A DNA stretch of 64,000 bases, from positions 70,394-134,393 of the forward strand of contig CBEVQO010000006.1 in the NCBI GenBank assembly GCA_965552055.1, in the 5' to 3' direction. This DNA is from an uncultured bacterium. GTDB lineage: Bacteria; Hydrothermota; UBA3073; NMUJ01; CBEVQO01. This document shows, one piece after another, positions 18,173 to 28,432 of this stretch (its first letter is position 1; each line of letters starts with the position of its first letter). A program made the translations under genes and the position numbers. Below the pieces are notes generated by a model, which worked only from the letters and a program-made list of their open reading frames with translations, was not told the DNA's origin and made no database searches.

Positions 18173-20310
18173 GGTTTCCTTCTTAACATTTTCGATGCAA
18201 CTTTCACAAGCTCTGGAACATCTAAAATCAATGCTACTCTACCATCGCCCCTTATTGTTGCACCAGTAACATAAGGAGCTGCCCTCGCATGTTTTGATAA
18301 GGGCTTTTTAACTATTTGCTCCTGACCTATTAACTCGTCCACCTCCAGTGCAGCCAGTTTCTCACCCTCCTGCACTATTACCATGTATCTACCAAAGGAT
18401 GTGTCTTTTTCTCTTTTCTCAAATTTCAATTCAAGTAATTCATCGAGTTTTATAACAGGGATTATTTTATCGAGATATCTTAGCACTTCTTTTCCTTCCA
18501 TTGTAGCGATATCATCATCAAAAGCTTTTACAGTTTTGTAAATTGAAGATATAGGTATTGCATAACATTCGGTTCCAACTTTTACAACAAGTGATTTTAC
18601 TATTGCGAGGGTTTTTGGGAAAATTAATCTGAATTTTGTTCCCTTATCTTTTTCTGTTTCGATTTCGACATTTCCACCGAGTTGCTCAACATTTGCTTTT
18701 ACAACATCCATACCAACGCCCCTTCCGGACATGTCATCAACTGTTTTGGCAGTGGAGAAACCAGGTTCGAATATAAACTCGATTATTGAGCGCTCATCTA
18801 GTGATTCTGCTTCCTTTTCGGATATTAAGCCCTTTTCAATTGCCTTACGCTTTACCTTTTCGATATCTATGCCCCTGCCGTCATCCGCTACTTCTATCAC
18901 AACATTTTCACCCTCTGCATAGGCAGCTAATGTAATCTTACCTATGGGAGGTTTGCCCTTTTTCACCCTCTCTTCTTCCGACTCAATTCCATGGTCTATG
19001 CAATTTCTTATCATATGCACAAGGGGGTCTTCTATGTTCTCTATCACTGTCTTATCAAGGGTTGTTGATTCTCCTGTTATTTCGATTTGCACCTTTTTAT
19101 TCCTTTTTCTGGCAATATCTCTTACAATGCGTGGAAAACGATTGAAAACTCTTTGAACGGGTAACATTCTTGCATCCATAACAAGATGTTGCAACTCTTC
19201 GATTAATCTTTCTGTTTCACCCAGCACCGCTCCAAACCTTATTATCGCAGGGTCTTCATATTTTCTCTCAAGCTGGTCATGAATATCTCTCAATGCATTA
19301 TATCTCAACATCAGCTCACCCATCAGGTTCATTAAATCATCGAGTAAATTCACATTTATTCTTACTGTCTCTTCTACCTTGCGTTTAAGAGAAGGTTCTA
19401 CTTTCTTCTGGGCTTCTGGTTTTACTTCTACTTTTTCTTCTTTTTTCTCCTTTATTTCTTCTTTTTTCAAAATTTTATCCAGTTTTTCGATCAATGCAGA
19501 TGTATCCACTTCATCTACTCGATTTTCTTTTACAAGTTCAACCATTACACGCAGTTTATCAAACGATTCAAGAAGTACATCTACCATTTCGGGTGACAGT
19601 TTTAGTTCTCCTTCTCTCAATTTGTTAAATACATCTTCAAGTTTATGACTTAAATTTGACATCTTTTCTAATCCCAGGAATGCGGAAGAGCCTTTTATTG
19701 TGTGTGCAACTCTAAATATTTCGTTTAAAAGATTTGGGTCATCGGGATTTTTTTCGAGTTCGATTAAGATTTCATTTACTCTTTCAAGTAATTCCCTTGA
19801 TTCTGTTATGAATTCATTTATTATATCACCGAGTTCCTGAGCCGTTAGACCTGATTCAACTTTCTCTTCCTTTTCTACTCTTTCCTCTTTTTTTTCCCTT
19901 TCCTCTTTTTTTTCTTTTTTTTCTTTTTTTTCGTGTAATGTTTCTTCGAGTTTCTTTTCGAGTTCGGAGGTATCTGTTTCTGTTTTGCCTTTTTCAGCCA
20001 CTTCTTCTATCAGTTTTTTCAGCATATCTATTCCTTCAAATATTATGTCGAGTATTTCTGGTGTTGGTTTTAATTTACCGTCCCTTATAGCTCCCAGCAG
20101 GTCTTCTACTTTATGGCTAAATTCCGACAGCTGATTTAATTCCAGGAAAGCGGCAGACCCTTTTATCGTGTGAGCAGCTCTAAATATCTCGTTTACCAGC
20201 GATATATCTTCTGGTGATTTTTCGAGTTCCACCAGCTTTTGTTCGGCATTTTCGAGCAGTTCCCTTGATTCTTGTACGAACTCTTTTATTATTTCGTCCA
20301 TTTCGCCCAT
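18151..20310 (-). CDS. cheA: chemotaxis histidine kinase with two HPt domains
   Basis: FRAAHTIKGS and FRVAHTIKGS, RNCIDHG, DDGRG, SGRGVGMD, CheW domain. Confidence 0.95.
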   Translation of the reverse strand: MGEMDEIIKEFVQESRELLENAEQKLVELEKSPEDISLVNEIFRAAHTIKGSAAFLELNQLSEFSHKVEDLLGAIRDGKLKPTPEILDIIFEGIDMLKKLIEEVAEKGKTETDTSELEKKLEETLHEKKEKKEKKEEREKKEERVEKEEKVESGLTAQELGDIINEFITESRELLERVNEILIELEKNPDDPNLLNEIFRVAHTIKGSSAFLGLEKMSNLSHKLEDVFNKLREGELKLSPEMVDVLLESFDKLRVMVELVKENRVDEVDTSALIEKLDKILKKEEIKEKKEEKVEVKPEAQKKVEPSLKRKVEETVRINVNLLDDLMNLMGELMLRYNALRDIHDQLERKYEDPAIIRFGAVLGETERLIEELQHLVMDARMLPVQRVFNRFPRIVRDIARKRNKKVQIEITGESTTLDKTVIENIEDPLVHMIRNCIDHGIESEEERVKKGKPPIGKITLAAYAEGENVVIEVADDGRGIDIEKVKRKAIEKGLISEKEAESLDERSIIEFIFEPGFSTAKTVDDMSGRGVGMDVVKANVEQLGGNVEIETEKDKGTKFRLIFPKTLAIVKSLVVKVGTECYAIPISSIYKTVKAFDDDIATMEGKEVLRYLDKIIPVIKLDELLELKFEKREKDTSFGRYMVIVQEGEKLAALEVDELIGQEQIVKKPLSKHARAAPYVTGATIRGDGRVALILDVPELVKVASKMLRRKPWAKLLA

Positions 20311-20318
20311 TTTGCCTC

Positions 20319-20672
20319 CTATTTCATCAATAGACTTTTGACTTTAAATTTCAAAAGATGTCCAGGAACAGGCTTCACAAGATATAAATTTGCACCTGCC
20401 CTGTATGCTCTCTCGGCTTCGTTCGGCTGTGTTGTAAGCATTATTATCGGTATATCCGCATCCTTTTCCCTTATTGCCTTTGTCAATTCAATTCCATCCA
20501 TCCTCGGCATATTAAGGTCAACTATCATCAGATGTATCTCCTCTGTTGCCCATTTTTCCAGTGCTTCTATACCATCCGATGCCTCGATTATGTTGAAATC
20601 CTCATCCTGTAGCATTCTCGCTACCATCTTTCTTACAACCGCAGAGTCATCTACAACAAGTATGTTATACAT
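20319..20672 (-). CDS. cheY: single-domain response regulator
   Basis: VVDD, DLNMP, LTT, KP. Confidence 0.85.
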   Translation of the reverse strand: MYNILVVDDSAVVRKMVARMLQDEDFNIIEASDGIEALEKWATEEIHLMIVDLNMPRMDGIELTKAIREKDADIPIIMLTTQPNEAERAYRAGANLYLVKPVPGHLLKFKVKSLLMK

Positions 20673-20675
20673 TTC

Positions 20676-21512
20676 CTACTCCTTCTTATATCCAAAAGCT
20701 TTTTTAAAAAACACAAGTTTAAAAGCCCTTGTAACATCGTGCAAAGATTCTGCATGCCCCAGCAAAAGGTATCCACCAGGTTTCAATTTTTCATAAAATT
20801 TGCGAACAACTTCCCTTTTTGAATTTAAATCAAAATAAATAAGGACATTTCTACAAAATATCACATCCTGTTTCTCAATCAGTTGTATCGCAATTTTATC
20901 ATTTAAATTCAGATATTTAAAATCAACGAGTCTTCTAATATCCGGACGCACTTCAAAGAAGCCATTTTCATGTCTCAGGAAATATGTCCTTTTATAGTAG
21001 TCAAGGGTAAACCTCAGAGAATCGCTTTTATAAATCCCCTTTTTTGCTTTTTCCAGTGCAGTTCTGTTTATGTCCGTTGCAAGTATTTTTACATCCCAGA
21101 ATTTTATTTCGTTACCCATTTTCTCATTTACCAGTATTGCGATGGTATAAGGTTCTTCACCTGTAGCACATCCAGCAGACCATATTCTTATTTTTTTTTC
21201 TCTTTCATTTCTTTTCATAATCTCAGGCAGTATTTCATCTTTAAATGCCTCATTCTGGGGTTCTTCACGGAAAAAATAGGTCTCCCCTATTGTTACTATC
21301 TCAAAAAGCTTCTGCATCTCCCTGTATCTCCCTGAATCGTATTTTAAATAGAAGTAATATTCCTCAAACGATTTAAGCCCGAGTTCCTTTAATCTTTGAG
21401 ATAATTTCATCTCAAGGTAATATTTTTTTGTATCGGGAAAAAATATTCCGCTCTCCTTGTATATCAGGTCTCTAATTTCTTTAAAGGTATTGGTATCGAG
21501 TGCGGTTTTCAT
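20676..21512 (-). CDS. cheR: chemotaxis methyltransferase
   Basis: ETYFFRE, WSAGCATGEEPY, IFCRNVLIYF. Confidence 0.95.
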   Translation of the reverse strand: MKTALDTNTFKEIRDLIYKESGIFFPDTKKYYLEMKLSQRLKELGLKSFEEYYFYLKYDSGRYREMQKLFEIVTIGETYFFREEPQNEAFKDEILPEIMKRNEREKKIRIWSAGCATGEEPYTIAILVNEKMGNEIKFWDVKILATDINRTALEKAKKGIYKSDSLRFTLDYYKRTYFLRHENGFFEVRPDIRRLVDFKYLNLNDKIAIQLIEKQDVIFCRNVLIYFDLNSKREVVRKFYEKLKPGGYLLLGHAESLHDVTRAFKLVFFKKAFGYKKE

Positions 21513-22729
21513 TCTTTACTTTCTAATCTCTTTATCACCTCCATTGCTATCTTTCTCACTTCTGCGTCAGGACTCTCTTTAAAATCGATAATTTCTTTTA
21601 CCGTATCTTTATCCCCTATTATCCCGATGGTTCTGAGACCTGCAATCTGTAAGGGTATGGATGGACGCTTCACCAGTTTCAAAACATGTTTTAAAGCTTC
21701 TTTTATCCTCAATTTACCAATCTGTTCTACTGCACGATATTTATGCCAGATATCAAAATTTTCATCTTCAAGAATGTTTATCAATACTCTTGCCAATCTC
21801 TTTTTCTCCACAGGGTCTATTTGTGATAAATCTTCTTTTTGTATTATTTCAAGGATAGCCGTGTAAATCATTCTCTGTATATCTTCGAGTTCATCGTATT
21901 TGCTCATGAGAATATTAACAGACTTATATGTTCCCTTTTGCATTAAAGCCTCAATCAAAGCAGATATCACCCAGTTATCCTGTTCTTCCATCAACCTTTC
22001 TTTTAGCCATTCTTCCACTTTCTCCTCTTCACAATTTAGCAAACCATGTATTGCTGCACATCTTACATTTGGATGCGTATCCCTTAGCTGCTGCAATAAG
22101 AAAGGAACAGCTTCTTTACCAGCATATTGCAATAAATCTGTTAAAAAAATCCTCAAATTGGTATCATCTGATTTCAGATAAGTAGCAATAGTTTTCAATT
22201 CCTTTTTTTCTTTTAGCATTTCCTGTAATATCTCAAAAGCCATCGATCTTTTGGTTGCATCTTCTTTTTGCAAAATTCTTATACAATTTTCAACAACATA
22301 GTCATTGCCTATTTTCGAAAGATTTATTATTGCATTCTCCTGCAAACCCTTATTATCGGAATTCAAAAATGAAAATAAAATATCTATAGCCTCCTTCGTG
22401 CCTATTTCACAAAGATTATTGCATAACATCATTTTCTCATCTAAATTTAAATCCTTCTCCATTTCTTTCAATTTTTCGAGCACCTTCTTTTTTATCTTTT
22501 CATCGGCTTCATAGATAGATATCCCTGCGATATCTTCCGACAGGAAATCTACTTTCCCTTTAATTTTTATATCCTCAAATTCTCCTTCGATTATGCTTCC
22601 TTCACTTACTTTGTCTTCAATGTAAAAACTCGCAGTAATTCTAAACTTTTCTTCAAATTCCTTTGCTTCTTTTACATTCCTCAATTTTCCGAGTAATGGA
22701 TAAATTTTATCTTCAAAAATCTTTTTCAT
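21509..22729 (-). CDS. HEAT-repeat protein, possible degenerate N-terminal PilZ-like barrel
   Basis: repeated L.D....VR..A..AL units. Confidence 0.75.
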   Translation of the reverse strand: MKKIFEDKIYPLLGKLRNVKEAKEFEEKFRITASFYIEDKVSEGSIIEGEFEDIKIKGKVDFLSEDIAGISIYEADEKIKKKVLEKLKEMEKDLNLDEKMMLCNNLCEIGTKEAIDILFSFLNSDNKGLQENAIINLSKIGNDYVVENCIRILQKEDATKRSMAFEILQEMLKEKKELKTIATYLKSDDTNLRIFLTDLLQYAGKEAVPFLLQQLRDTHPNVRCAAIHGLLNCEEEKVEEWLKERLMEEQDNWVISALIEALMQKGTYKSVNILMSKYDELEDIQRMIYTAILEIIQKEDLSQIDPVEKKRLARVLINILEDENFDIWHKYRAVEQIGKLRIKEALKHVLKLVKRPSIPLQIAGLRTIGIIGDKDTVKEIIDFKESPDAEVRKIAMEVIKRLESKE

Positions 22730-23745
22730 AATGCATCTATGATTGCCTCTGGTATTTTTTCCAGTGGTAAAATTTTATCTGCAAGATTTTCTTCTATCAC
22801 AGCTCTTGGCATACCGAACACCACACTTGTTTTCTCATCCTGTGCAATTATTATTCCTCCTTTCTCTTTTATAGCTTTCGCACCTCGCACACCATCATTC
22901 CCCATACCCGTTAGAATTATACCTACCGAATTGGAACGAAAAACTTCACCAACAGATTCCATCATGACATCAACAGAGGGTCTATAAAGAGTATTTGGCG
23001 TTTTGGATAACTGTATCACGACATCTTTTAACACCCTTTTCACCGTTAAATGAGAATTGCCGGGAGCTATATATACATGTGAAGGCTCTGCACGCATGCC
23101 ATCTTCTGCTTTTACCACATTTAACTGACTTAATTTATTTAAACGCTCAGCAAACAATTTTATAAAAGCATCGGGCATATGCTGAGTAACAAAAATGGGA
23201 GACGGAAAATCACCGGGTAAACTTCGCAAAATCGTCTCTATGGCTGAAGGTCCGCCTGTCGAAGCTCCTATCGCTACTCCCTTCTCTCCTTCTACTTTAA
23301 ACTCTCTCTTTATAACTTTTGGTTCACCCGATACCTTTACAACACCTTTCCTTGCTATCGCTTTTACTTTCTCTATTATTTCTTTCTCCTTCTTCAAAAC
23401 ATCAAGAGGGCTCCTTAAAATATCCTTATAAATAACATCTGCTGCTCCTGCCTCGAAAGCTTCGAAAGTAATTTGTGCACCTTCGTATGTCAATGCACTT
23501 ATCACAACCACGGGTACGGGATGCTCTCTCATTATCCTTTTCAAAGTTTCTATGCCACCCATTCCCGGCATATCAAGGTCGAGTGCTATAATATCTGGAT
23601 TCAGTTCTCTGTATTTCTCGAGGCATTCTTCTCCTGTTCCTGCTGTCCCTACTACTTTTATCTCCGGGTCGCTTTCGAGCATCGAGGTTATAGCTTTTCG
23701 CATAAAAGCAGAATCATCCACTACCATTACTTTTATCTTCCTCAT
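22726..23745 (-). CDS. cheB: chemotaxis methylesterase
   Basis: receiver domain plus GASTGGP, QHMP, LTGMGNDG. Confidence 0.96.
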   Translation of the reverse strand: MRKIKVMVVDDSAFMRKAITSMLESDPEIKVVGTAGTGEECLEKYRELNPDIIALDLDMPGMGGIETLKRIMREHPVPVVVISALTYEGAQITFEAFEAGAADVIYKDILRSPLDVLKKEKEIIEKVKAIARKGVVKVSGEPKVIKREFKVEGEKGVAIGASTGGPSAIETILRSLPGDFPSPIFVTQHMPDAFIKLFAERLNKLSQLNVVKAEDGMRAEPSHVYIAPGNSHLTVKRVLKDVVIQLSKTPNTLYRPSVDVMMESVGEVFRSNSVGIILTGMGNDGVRGAKAIKEKGGIIIAQDEKTSVVFGMPRAVIEENLADKILPLEKIPEAIIDAL

Positions 23746-24224
23746 TTAACAACCTCCTTCAGTTTTTCTTTTTCTGCTGGAGTAAGCAATCTATCGAGGT
23801 CCAGTAAAATTATAAGACCTTCATCTAGCCTGCAAATACCGCTTATGTATTCCGATTCAATACCGGCAATTATCGGGGGCGAGGGCTCTATTTGATCCTG
23901 ATAAATCCTTTTTACACCTGTTACTTCATCTACCATAAAGCCAACCATTGAATCGTCTTCCAGCCTGTAGTCTATTACTCTTGTGTACTTGTCAGATGGC
24001 TTGGGCTCAAACCCCAATCTTCTCCTCAAATCAACCACAGGTAATATCCTGCCCATTCTGTTTACCACACCGATAATATAATCGGGAGCCTTGGGCACTT
24101 TTGTAACCTCATCTTCTTTGAAACGATTTATCCTATCTACTTTATGAACATTTATCCCGAATTCCTCATTCTTTAACTTAAAAGTAACAAGCTGTATCTC
24201 TTTTCCTGCTTTAACTTCTTCCAT
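23742..24224 (-). CDS. cheW: chemotaxis coupling protein
   Basis: QLVTFKL, VPKAPDYIIGVVN, GFMVDEV. Confidence 0.93.
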   Translation of the reverse strand: MEEVKAGKEIQLVTFKLKNEEFGINVHKVDRINRFKEDEVTKVPKAPDYIIGVVNRMGRILPVVDLRRRLGFEPKPSDKYTRVIDYRLEDDSMVGFMVDEVTGVKRIYQDQIEPSPPIIAGIESEYISGICRLDEGLIILLDLDRLLTPAEKEKLKEVVK

Positions 24225-24233
24225 AATGCCCTC

Positions 24234-25901
24234 CTACTCAACCAATTTAATCTCTTTAATTCCTTCAAAATTTATTCCCTCTAATTTTCTGTGTAAATCT
24301 TCTACTTTTTGTGAAAATTCCATCAATATACTCATTATTTCCCTAATTTTTGTAGCGTTTTCTTTTGATAGCAAAGAAATAGCCTCAATTTTCTTTGACA
24401 CTTCATTTGCAGCAGTTGATTCTTCCTGGGATGCTATTGCAATTTGTGTCATTACTTCATTCATCAATTTCGCTCCTTCCATTATCTTATCGAGACTCTC
24501 GCTTGTTTCTCTTGCCAGTATAGTAGCTTCATCGGATACTTTTGTAGATTCTTCCATAGCCCTTGCGGAATTCTCGGCTTCCTTTTTAATCTGCTCAATT
24601 ATTTCTATTATCTTAGTTGTAGCATTCCTCGAGCTATCAGCAAGTTGTTTTATTTCATCCGCTACAACAGAAAAACCTTTACCATATTCCCCTGCTCTCG
24701 CAGATTCTATTGACGCATTGAGTGCAAGTAAATTCGTTTGATCAGCAAGCTGGGTGATTATTTTTGCCATCTCACCTATTTCCTCGCTCCTCTCACCCAA
24801 TGCCATGATATTTTGAGCTGCTACTTTTAATACTTCATTCAAAGCGTTAACTTTCCTTATTGCTTCTTTAACTTTTTTACTGCTTTCTTCTGCTAACATA
24901 AGAGCATTTTGTGTTTCTTCCTGTGTCTTCTGGGCATTTTGAGCAGCTGATAGTATAGTTGAAGACATTTCTTCCATTGCATTAGCAGCATCAGCAGATT
25001 CTGTCTCCTGTTTCGCACTGCTATCAGCTACTTGCCTCACACCTTCAAGTATTTTCTTCGACATATCAACAATTTCCCTAGAAGATAAACTTATCTCAAA
25101 TAAAAGCTTGGAAAAAGTTTCTTTAAAACGACGAGCAGAGCGAAACATATCTTCAAGTAAAGGTAAAGAATCATCACATCTTATCTCATAATTAAATCTA
25201 CCTTCACTCCATTTATCAAATAACTCCTTCACCACAGAAATAGCCTTTCGCATTTTATCAATCTCTTCTTCCAAATTTAATTTTATCTCCTCTATTGACC
25301 TCAACCTCTCTTTAATAACTTCAGCAAATTCCTTCAATAAAATCCCGACTTCCGATACCTCATCATTGCCATCGAACTCCACATTAACCTCGATATCTTC
25401 TTTTAACTCCTTCAAATATCTTTTCATCTTGGTTAATTTATTAAGAACATTCCTTGACATCAATGTAAGCAACCCTATCCCTATAAAGCCTATTATCATC
25501 ACCCACATTCCAAAAGAATTAATCCTTTCTATATTTCTTTCCCCCCATTTTGTCATTTGATTTTCAAATCTATAAATCGATTCTAACAATTCATCTTTCG
25601 TTGTCTTATTTTGCATCACGCTTATCATCTGATTTCTTATTTTCTCGATATTTATTTTCAAAACCTCTGGTGCTTTACCTTCCATTTCTTTTAATTTATT
25701 CAAAATTCTCATATAATCCTCGGTGCTACTTGCATTTTCCAACGCTGATTTCAAAAAAATCAAACTGCTACGATAGCTGGCATAAGTCCGCATAAATGAA
25801 CGCACTCTGTAATTATTAAACAATAATATCAATAAAATAAAAATGCCAAACAAACTTAACTTGAAGGGTTCCTTCTTTAAACTCGACAATACTTTCATCA
25901 T
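24234..25901 (-). CDS. methyl-accepting chemotaxis protein
   Basis: two TM segments, QTNLLALNASIESARAGEYGKGFSVVADEI. Confidence 0.95.
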   Translation of the reverse strand: MMKVLSSLKKEPFKLSLFGIFILLILLFNNYRVRSFMRTYASYRSSLIFLKSALENASSTEDYMRILNKLKEMEGKAPEVLKINIEKIRNQMISVMQNKTTKDELLESIYRFENQMTKWGERNIERINSFGMWVMIIGFIGIGLLTLMSRNVLNKLTKMKRYLKELKEDIEVNVEFDGNDEVSEVGILLKEFAEVIKERLRSIEEIKLNLEEEIDKMRKAISVVKELFDKWSEGRFNYEIRCDDSLPLLEDMFRSARRFKETFSKLLFEISLSSREIVDMSKKILEGVRQVADSSAKQETESADAANAMEEMSSTILSAAQNAQKTQEETQNALMLAEESSKKVKEAIRKVNALNEVLKVAAQNIMALGERSEEIGEMAKIITQLADQTNLLALNASIESARAGEYGKGFSVVADEIKQLADSSRNATTKIIEIIEQIKKEAENSARAMEESTKVSDEATILARETSESLDKIMEGAKLMNEVMTQIAIASQEESTAANEVSKKIEAISLLSKENATKIREIMSILMEFSQKVEDLHRKLEGINFEGIKEIKLVE

Positions 25902-25903
25902 TA

Positions 25904-25931
25904 AAAATAAATGAAGTATTCAATTTGTCAA
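25904..25931 (-). promoter_or_regulatory. che operon promoter TTGACA-N16-TATTTT
   Basis: ATG 25898 lies 5 nt downstream. Confidence 0.45.
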
Positions 25932-26362
25932 GTCAAATATTTTACAAAAGAGAAAACTTTTTCTTTGCCTCTTTTTTTAATTTCTACTTTATCCATTAAT
26001 TTTCTGATGCAATATATTCCCAGTCTTAGAGAACCACTTTCTTTTAATGATTTTTCAATGTATTCCCTTGTCAATATATCAGGGATGTTATCGAGGCTGA
26101 AAATACGCCCCCTGTCTATTACCTCGACTTTTATCCTTTTGGGATTACCATCGAGCACCACTTCTAATTTCTTTTCTTTATCATCGGGTGAATAGGCATG
26201 ATGAACTACATTACTGCAGCTTTCGTTTACGGAGAATAGTATCCTGTGAGTATCCGATTCGCTTAATTTCATCGCTTTACAAAATGATTTAACAACATCT
26301 TTTATAACTTTTAAATTTTCGGGATATGCTTCGGTCGTAATTTTAATCCTTATTTTACTCAT
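25928..26362 (-). CDS. RsbW/SpoIIAB-like anti-sigma factor kinase
   Basis: VNESCSNVVHHAY, IDRG, LGIYCIRKLMD. Confidence 0.85.
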   Translation of the reverse strand: MSKIRIKITTEAYPENLKVIKDVVKSFCKAMKLSESDTHRILFSVNESCSNVVHHAYSPDDKEKKLEVVLDGNPKRIKVEVIDRGRIFSLDNIPDILTREYIEKSLKESGSLRLGIYCIRKLMDKVEIKKRGKEKVFSFVKYLT

Positions 26363-26367
26363 TAAAT

Positions 26368-26394
26368 ATTGTAATAAAATTTCGAAATTGTCAA
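26368..26394 (-). promoter_or_regulatory. promoter TTGACA-N15-TACAAT, ATG 5 nt downstream
   Basis: -35 26394-26389, -10 26373-26368. Confidence 0.65.
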
Positions 26395-27803
26395 GTGATT
26401 TTTTTATACGAATTTATTGAAATTTTTCCATCGTCTGTTATTGTGAATATGACCTCGAGGCGAACATTTTCATCTGTCACATTTACATTTATGCCCCTTT
26501 CCTTTAGCTCTTTGGCTGTGCCAACTGTCCTGAAAATAGGACGGGGATTACCGGGTCCAAAGGGTCCCCTTTCGATAACCGATTGAACAAATTCTTTTGT
26601 GATATCCTCTAATTTTATATCACTAATTTTTTCTGCAGGTAACTTCGGTTGTTCCTTAAAAATGTATTTTTCCAATCTTTCCCTAAATTTCTTCACATTT
26701 TCTTCTGTTATTGAGAAACCACAGGCAAGTTTATGTCCTCCAAAATCTTCAAAAAGGTCTCTGTTTTCTTTCAGAATATCCAGCAGATTGATATTCACAA
26801 AAGGTGTCCTGCATTCACCGCATAATATGCCATTTTCTCTCCTGCCGATAACTACCGTTACTTTCTTGAACTTCTGTGCAAGCTTATAAGCACAGGAACC
26901 TATCAAAAATTCTGGCAAATTAGTGGTATAAACGAATAATACCTCTCCACAAACTCTTGCCCTGGAAATGCATTCCTGAATGGCATTATTCAACATACTT
27001 TGCCATGTTTCCTGCAATTTCTTAAGCTCCTTTATCCTCTTTTTGCACTCTTCTTCATCCTCTATTATAAAAAGGTCAAAAGCGGGATTCCATTCTTTAC
27101 ACATTCTACCGGCAGAAATTACAGGTATAATGCTACTCAAAATTTCATAAATTTTAGTTCCTTCAATTTTCATCTCCTCTTTCAAAGCTCTCAGCCCCAC
27201 TATCTTTGGATTCTCCATTTCTTTTAAGCCAAGTTTTACAAATTCTCTATTTTCATCAACAAGGGGTGCTTTATCTCCGAGTATCCCTATCATTACCAAT
27301 GGAAGCAAATCTTTTCTCACAGTTAGCCATTGGTTCTCATTTATACCTATCTGACGCATCGCAACCGCCTGAGCAAATTTAAATGCTACAGCAGCTCCAC
27401 ATAAACCTTTAAATTCATAGTCAATCTTGGGATTCACAATAAATTCTGGTATTTTTTCCTGTAACTCATGATGGTCGGTAACTATTATTCTCAAGCCACT
27501 TTTTTCTGCTTTCTTTATTATATCGTAATCTGATGTGCCACAATCAACGGTAACAACGAGCCTCACTCCATTTTCCATGAATTCCATTAATCTTTCGTAA
27601 TTGAGACCCACTTTCTCACAGTATCTCCTGGGGATATAATATTCTACTTCATAACCGAGGTCTTTCAGCACGGTGTATAAGATGGTGGTAGATGTTATTC
27701 CATCGGCATCCTCATCGCCCCACACAAGTATCTTTCTTCTACTATGCTTGAAGAACTCATCAACACATTTTTCCATATATTTAAGAGCAAAAGGAGACCT
27801 CAT
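26391..27803 (-). CDS. recJ: RecJ-like DHH/DHHA1 exonuclease
   Basis: GDEDADG, TVDCG, TDHH, GGH, GPFGPGNP. Confidence 0.85.
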   Translation of the reverse strand: MRSPFALKYMEKCVDEFFKHSRRKILVWGDEDADGITSTTILYTVLKDLGYEVEYYIPRRYCEKVGLNYERLMEFMENGVRLVVTVDCGTSDYDIIKKAEKSGLRIIVTDHHELQEKIPEFIVNPKIDYEFKGLCGAAVAFKFAQAVAMRQIGINENQWLTVRKDLLPLVMIGILGDKAPLVDENREFVKLGLKEMENPKIVGLRALKEEMKIEGTKIYEILSSIIPVISAGRMCKEWNPAFDLFIIEDEEECKKRIKELKKLQETWQSMLNNAIQECISRARVCGEVLFVYTTNLPEFLIGSCAYKLAQKFKKVTVVIGRRENGILCGECRTPFVNINLLDILKENRDLFEDFGGHKLACGFSITEENVKKFRERLEKYIFKEQPKLPAEKISDIKLEDITKEFVQSVIERGPFGPGNPRPIFRTVGTAKELKERGINVNVTDENVRLEVIFTITDDGKISINSYKKIT

Positions 27804-28432
27804 TTTTTGAATATTATTTTTACTTTATTTATCCTGCTACTTAAGCCCTCCGGTATTTTAATTTCCGCCTCAACAGTGTCTCCGGGTTTGCCCGGTTTTA
27901 TCTTCTCGGTCCTGAGTATAACGGTTGCATTGAGTTTGCTTAGTGTTCCTTTCAGGGTAATGGTATCTGGTATTACTTCATACCTGTATTTCGGACGAGC
28001 AGTGAATCTTGGAATTATTCTATATTTCCTTGATGCTATCTGGTCGATGTCCAGAAAGAAGCTTTTAGGATTAATGTCCACGATTTCTACATTTACCCAA
28101 TCTGGCAATTTTATATTCTCTTTGCTTATTTTAATATATTTCCTGCCTCTTTTAACGCCTTTAAGGTCGCAATATATTCTCCTGAGATTAGGTGCGAGCA
28201 GTAGTCTCAAAATATCCTTACCCCTGCCCCTCACCCTCACCCCGATATAACCAGGACCTTTCACAACATAATTTTTCTTTAAATTTAAATAAATTAAATT
28301 AAACTTTAATTCCTTTTCTGTTTCTCTTTCCGTTTTTGCGTGTAGCCATATTACTATTGATAGGAATAAAGCAACTGCCTTAAGTCCCGGATTTGTGCGT
28401 AAAAATGCCCTTAGCCTCTGTTTCACATTCAT
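27800..28432 (-). CDS. YbbR/CdaR-like protein
   Basis: LKAVALFLSIVIW TM followed by YbbR-like beta repeats. Confidence 0.7.
   Translation of the reverse strand: MNVKQRLRAFLRTNPGLKAVALFLSIVIWLHAKTERETEKELKFNLIYLNLKKNYVVKGPGYIGVRVRGRGKDILRLLLAPNLRRIYCDLKGVKRGRKYIKISKENIKLPDWVNVEIVDINPKSFFLDIDQIASRKYRIIPRFTARPKYRYEVIPDTITLKGTLSKLNATVILRTEKIKPGKPGDTVEAEIKIPEGLSSRINKVKIIFKK

Noticed and set aside
19861..19960. Low-complexity T/C tract
   Set aside because: Encodes the E/K linker of CheA
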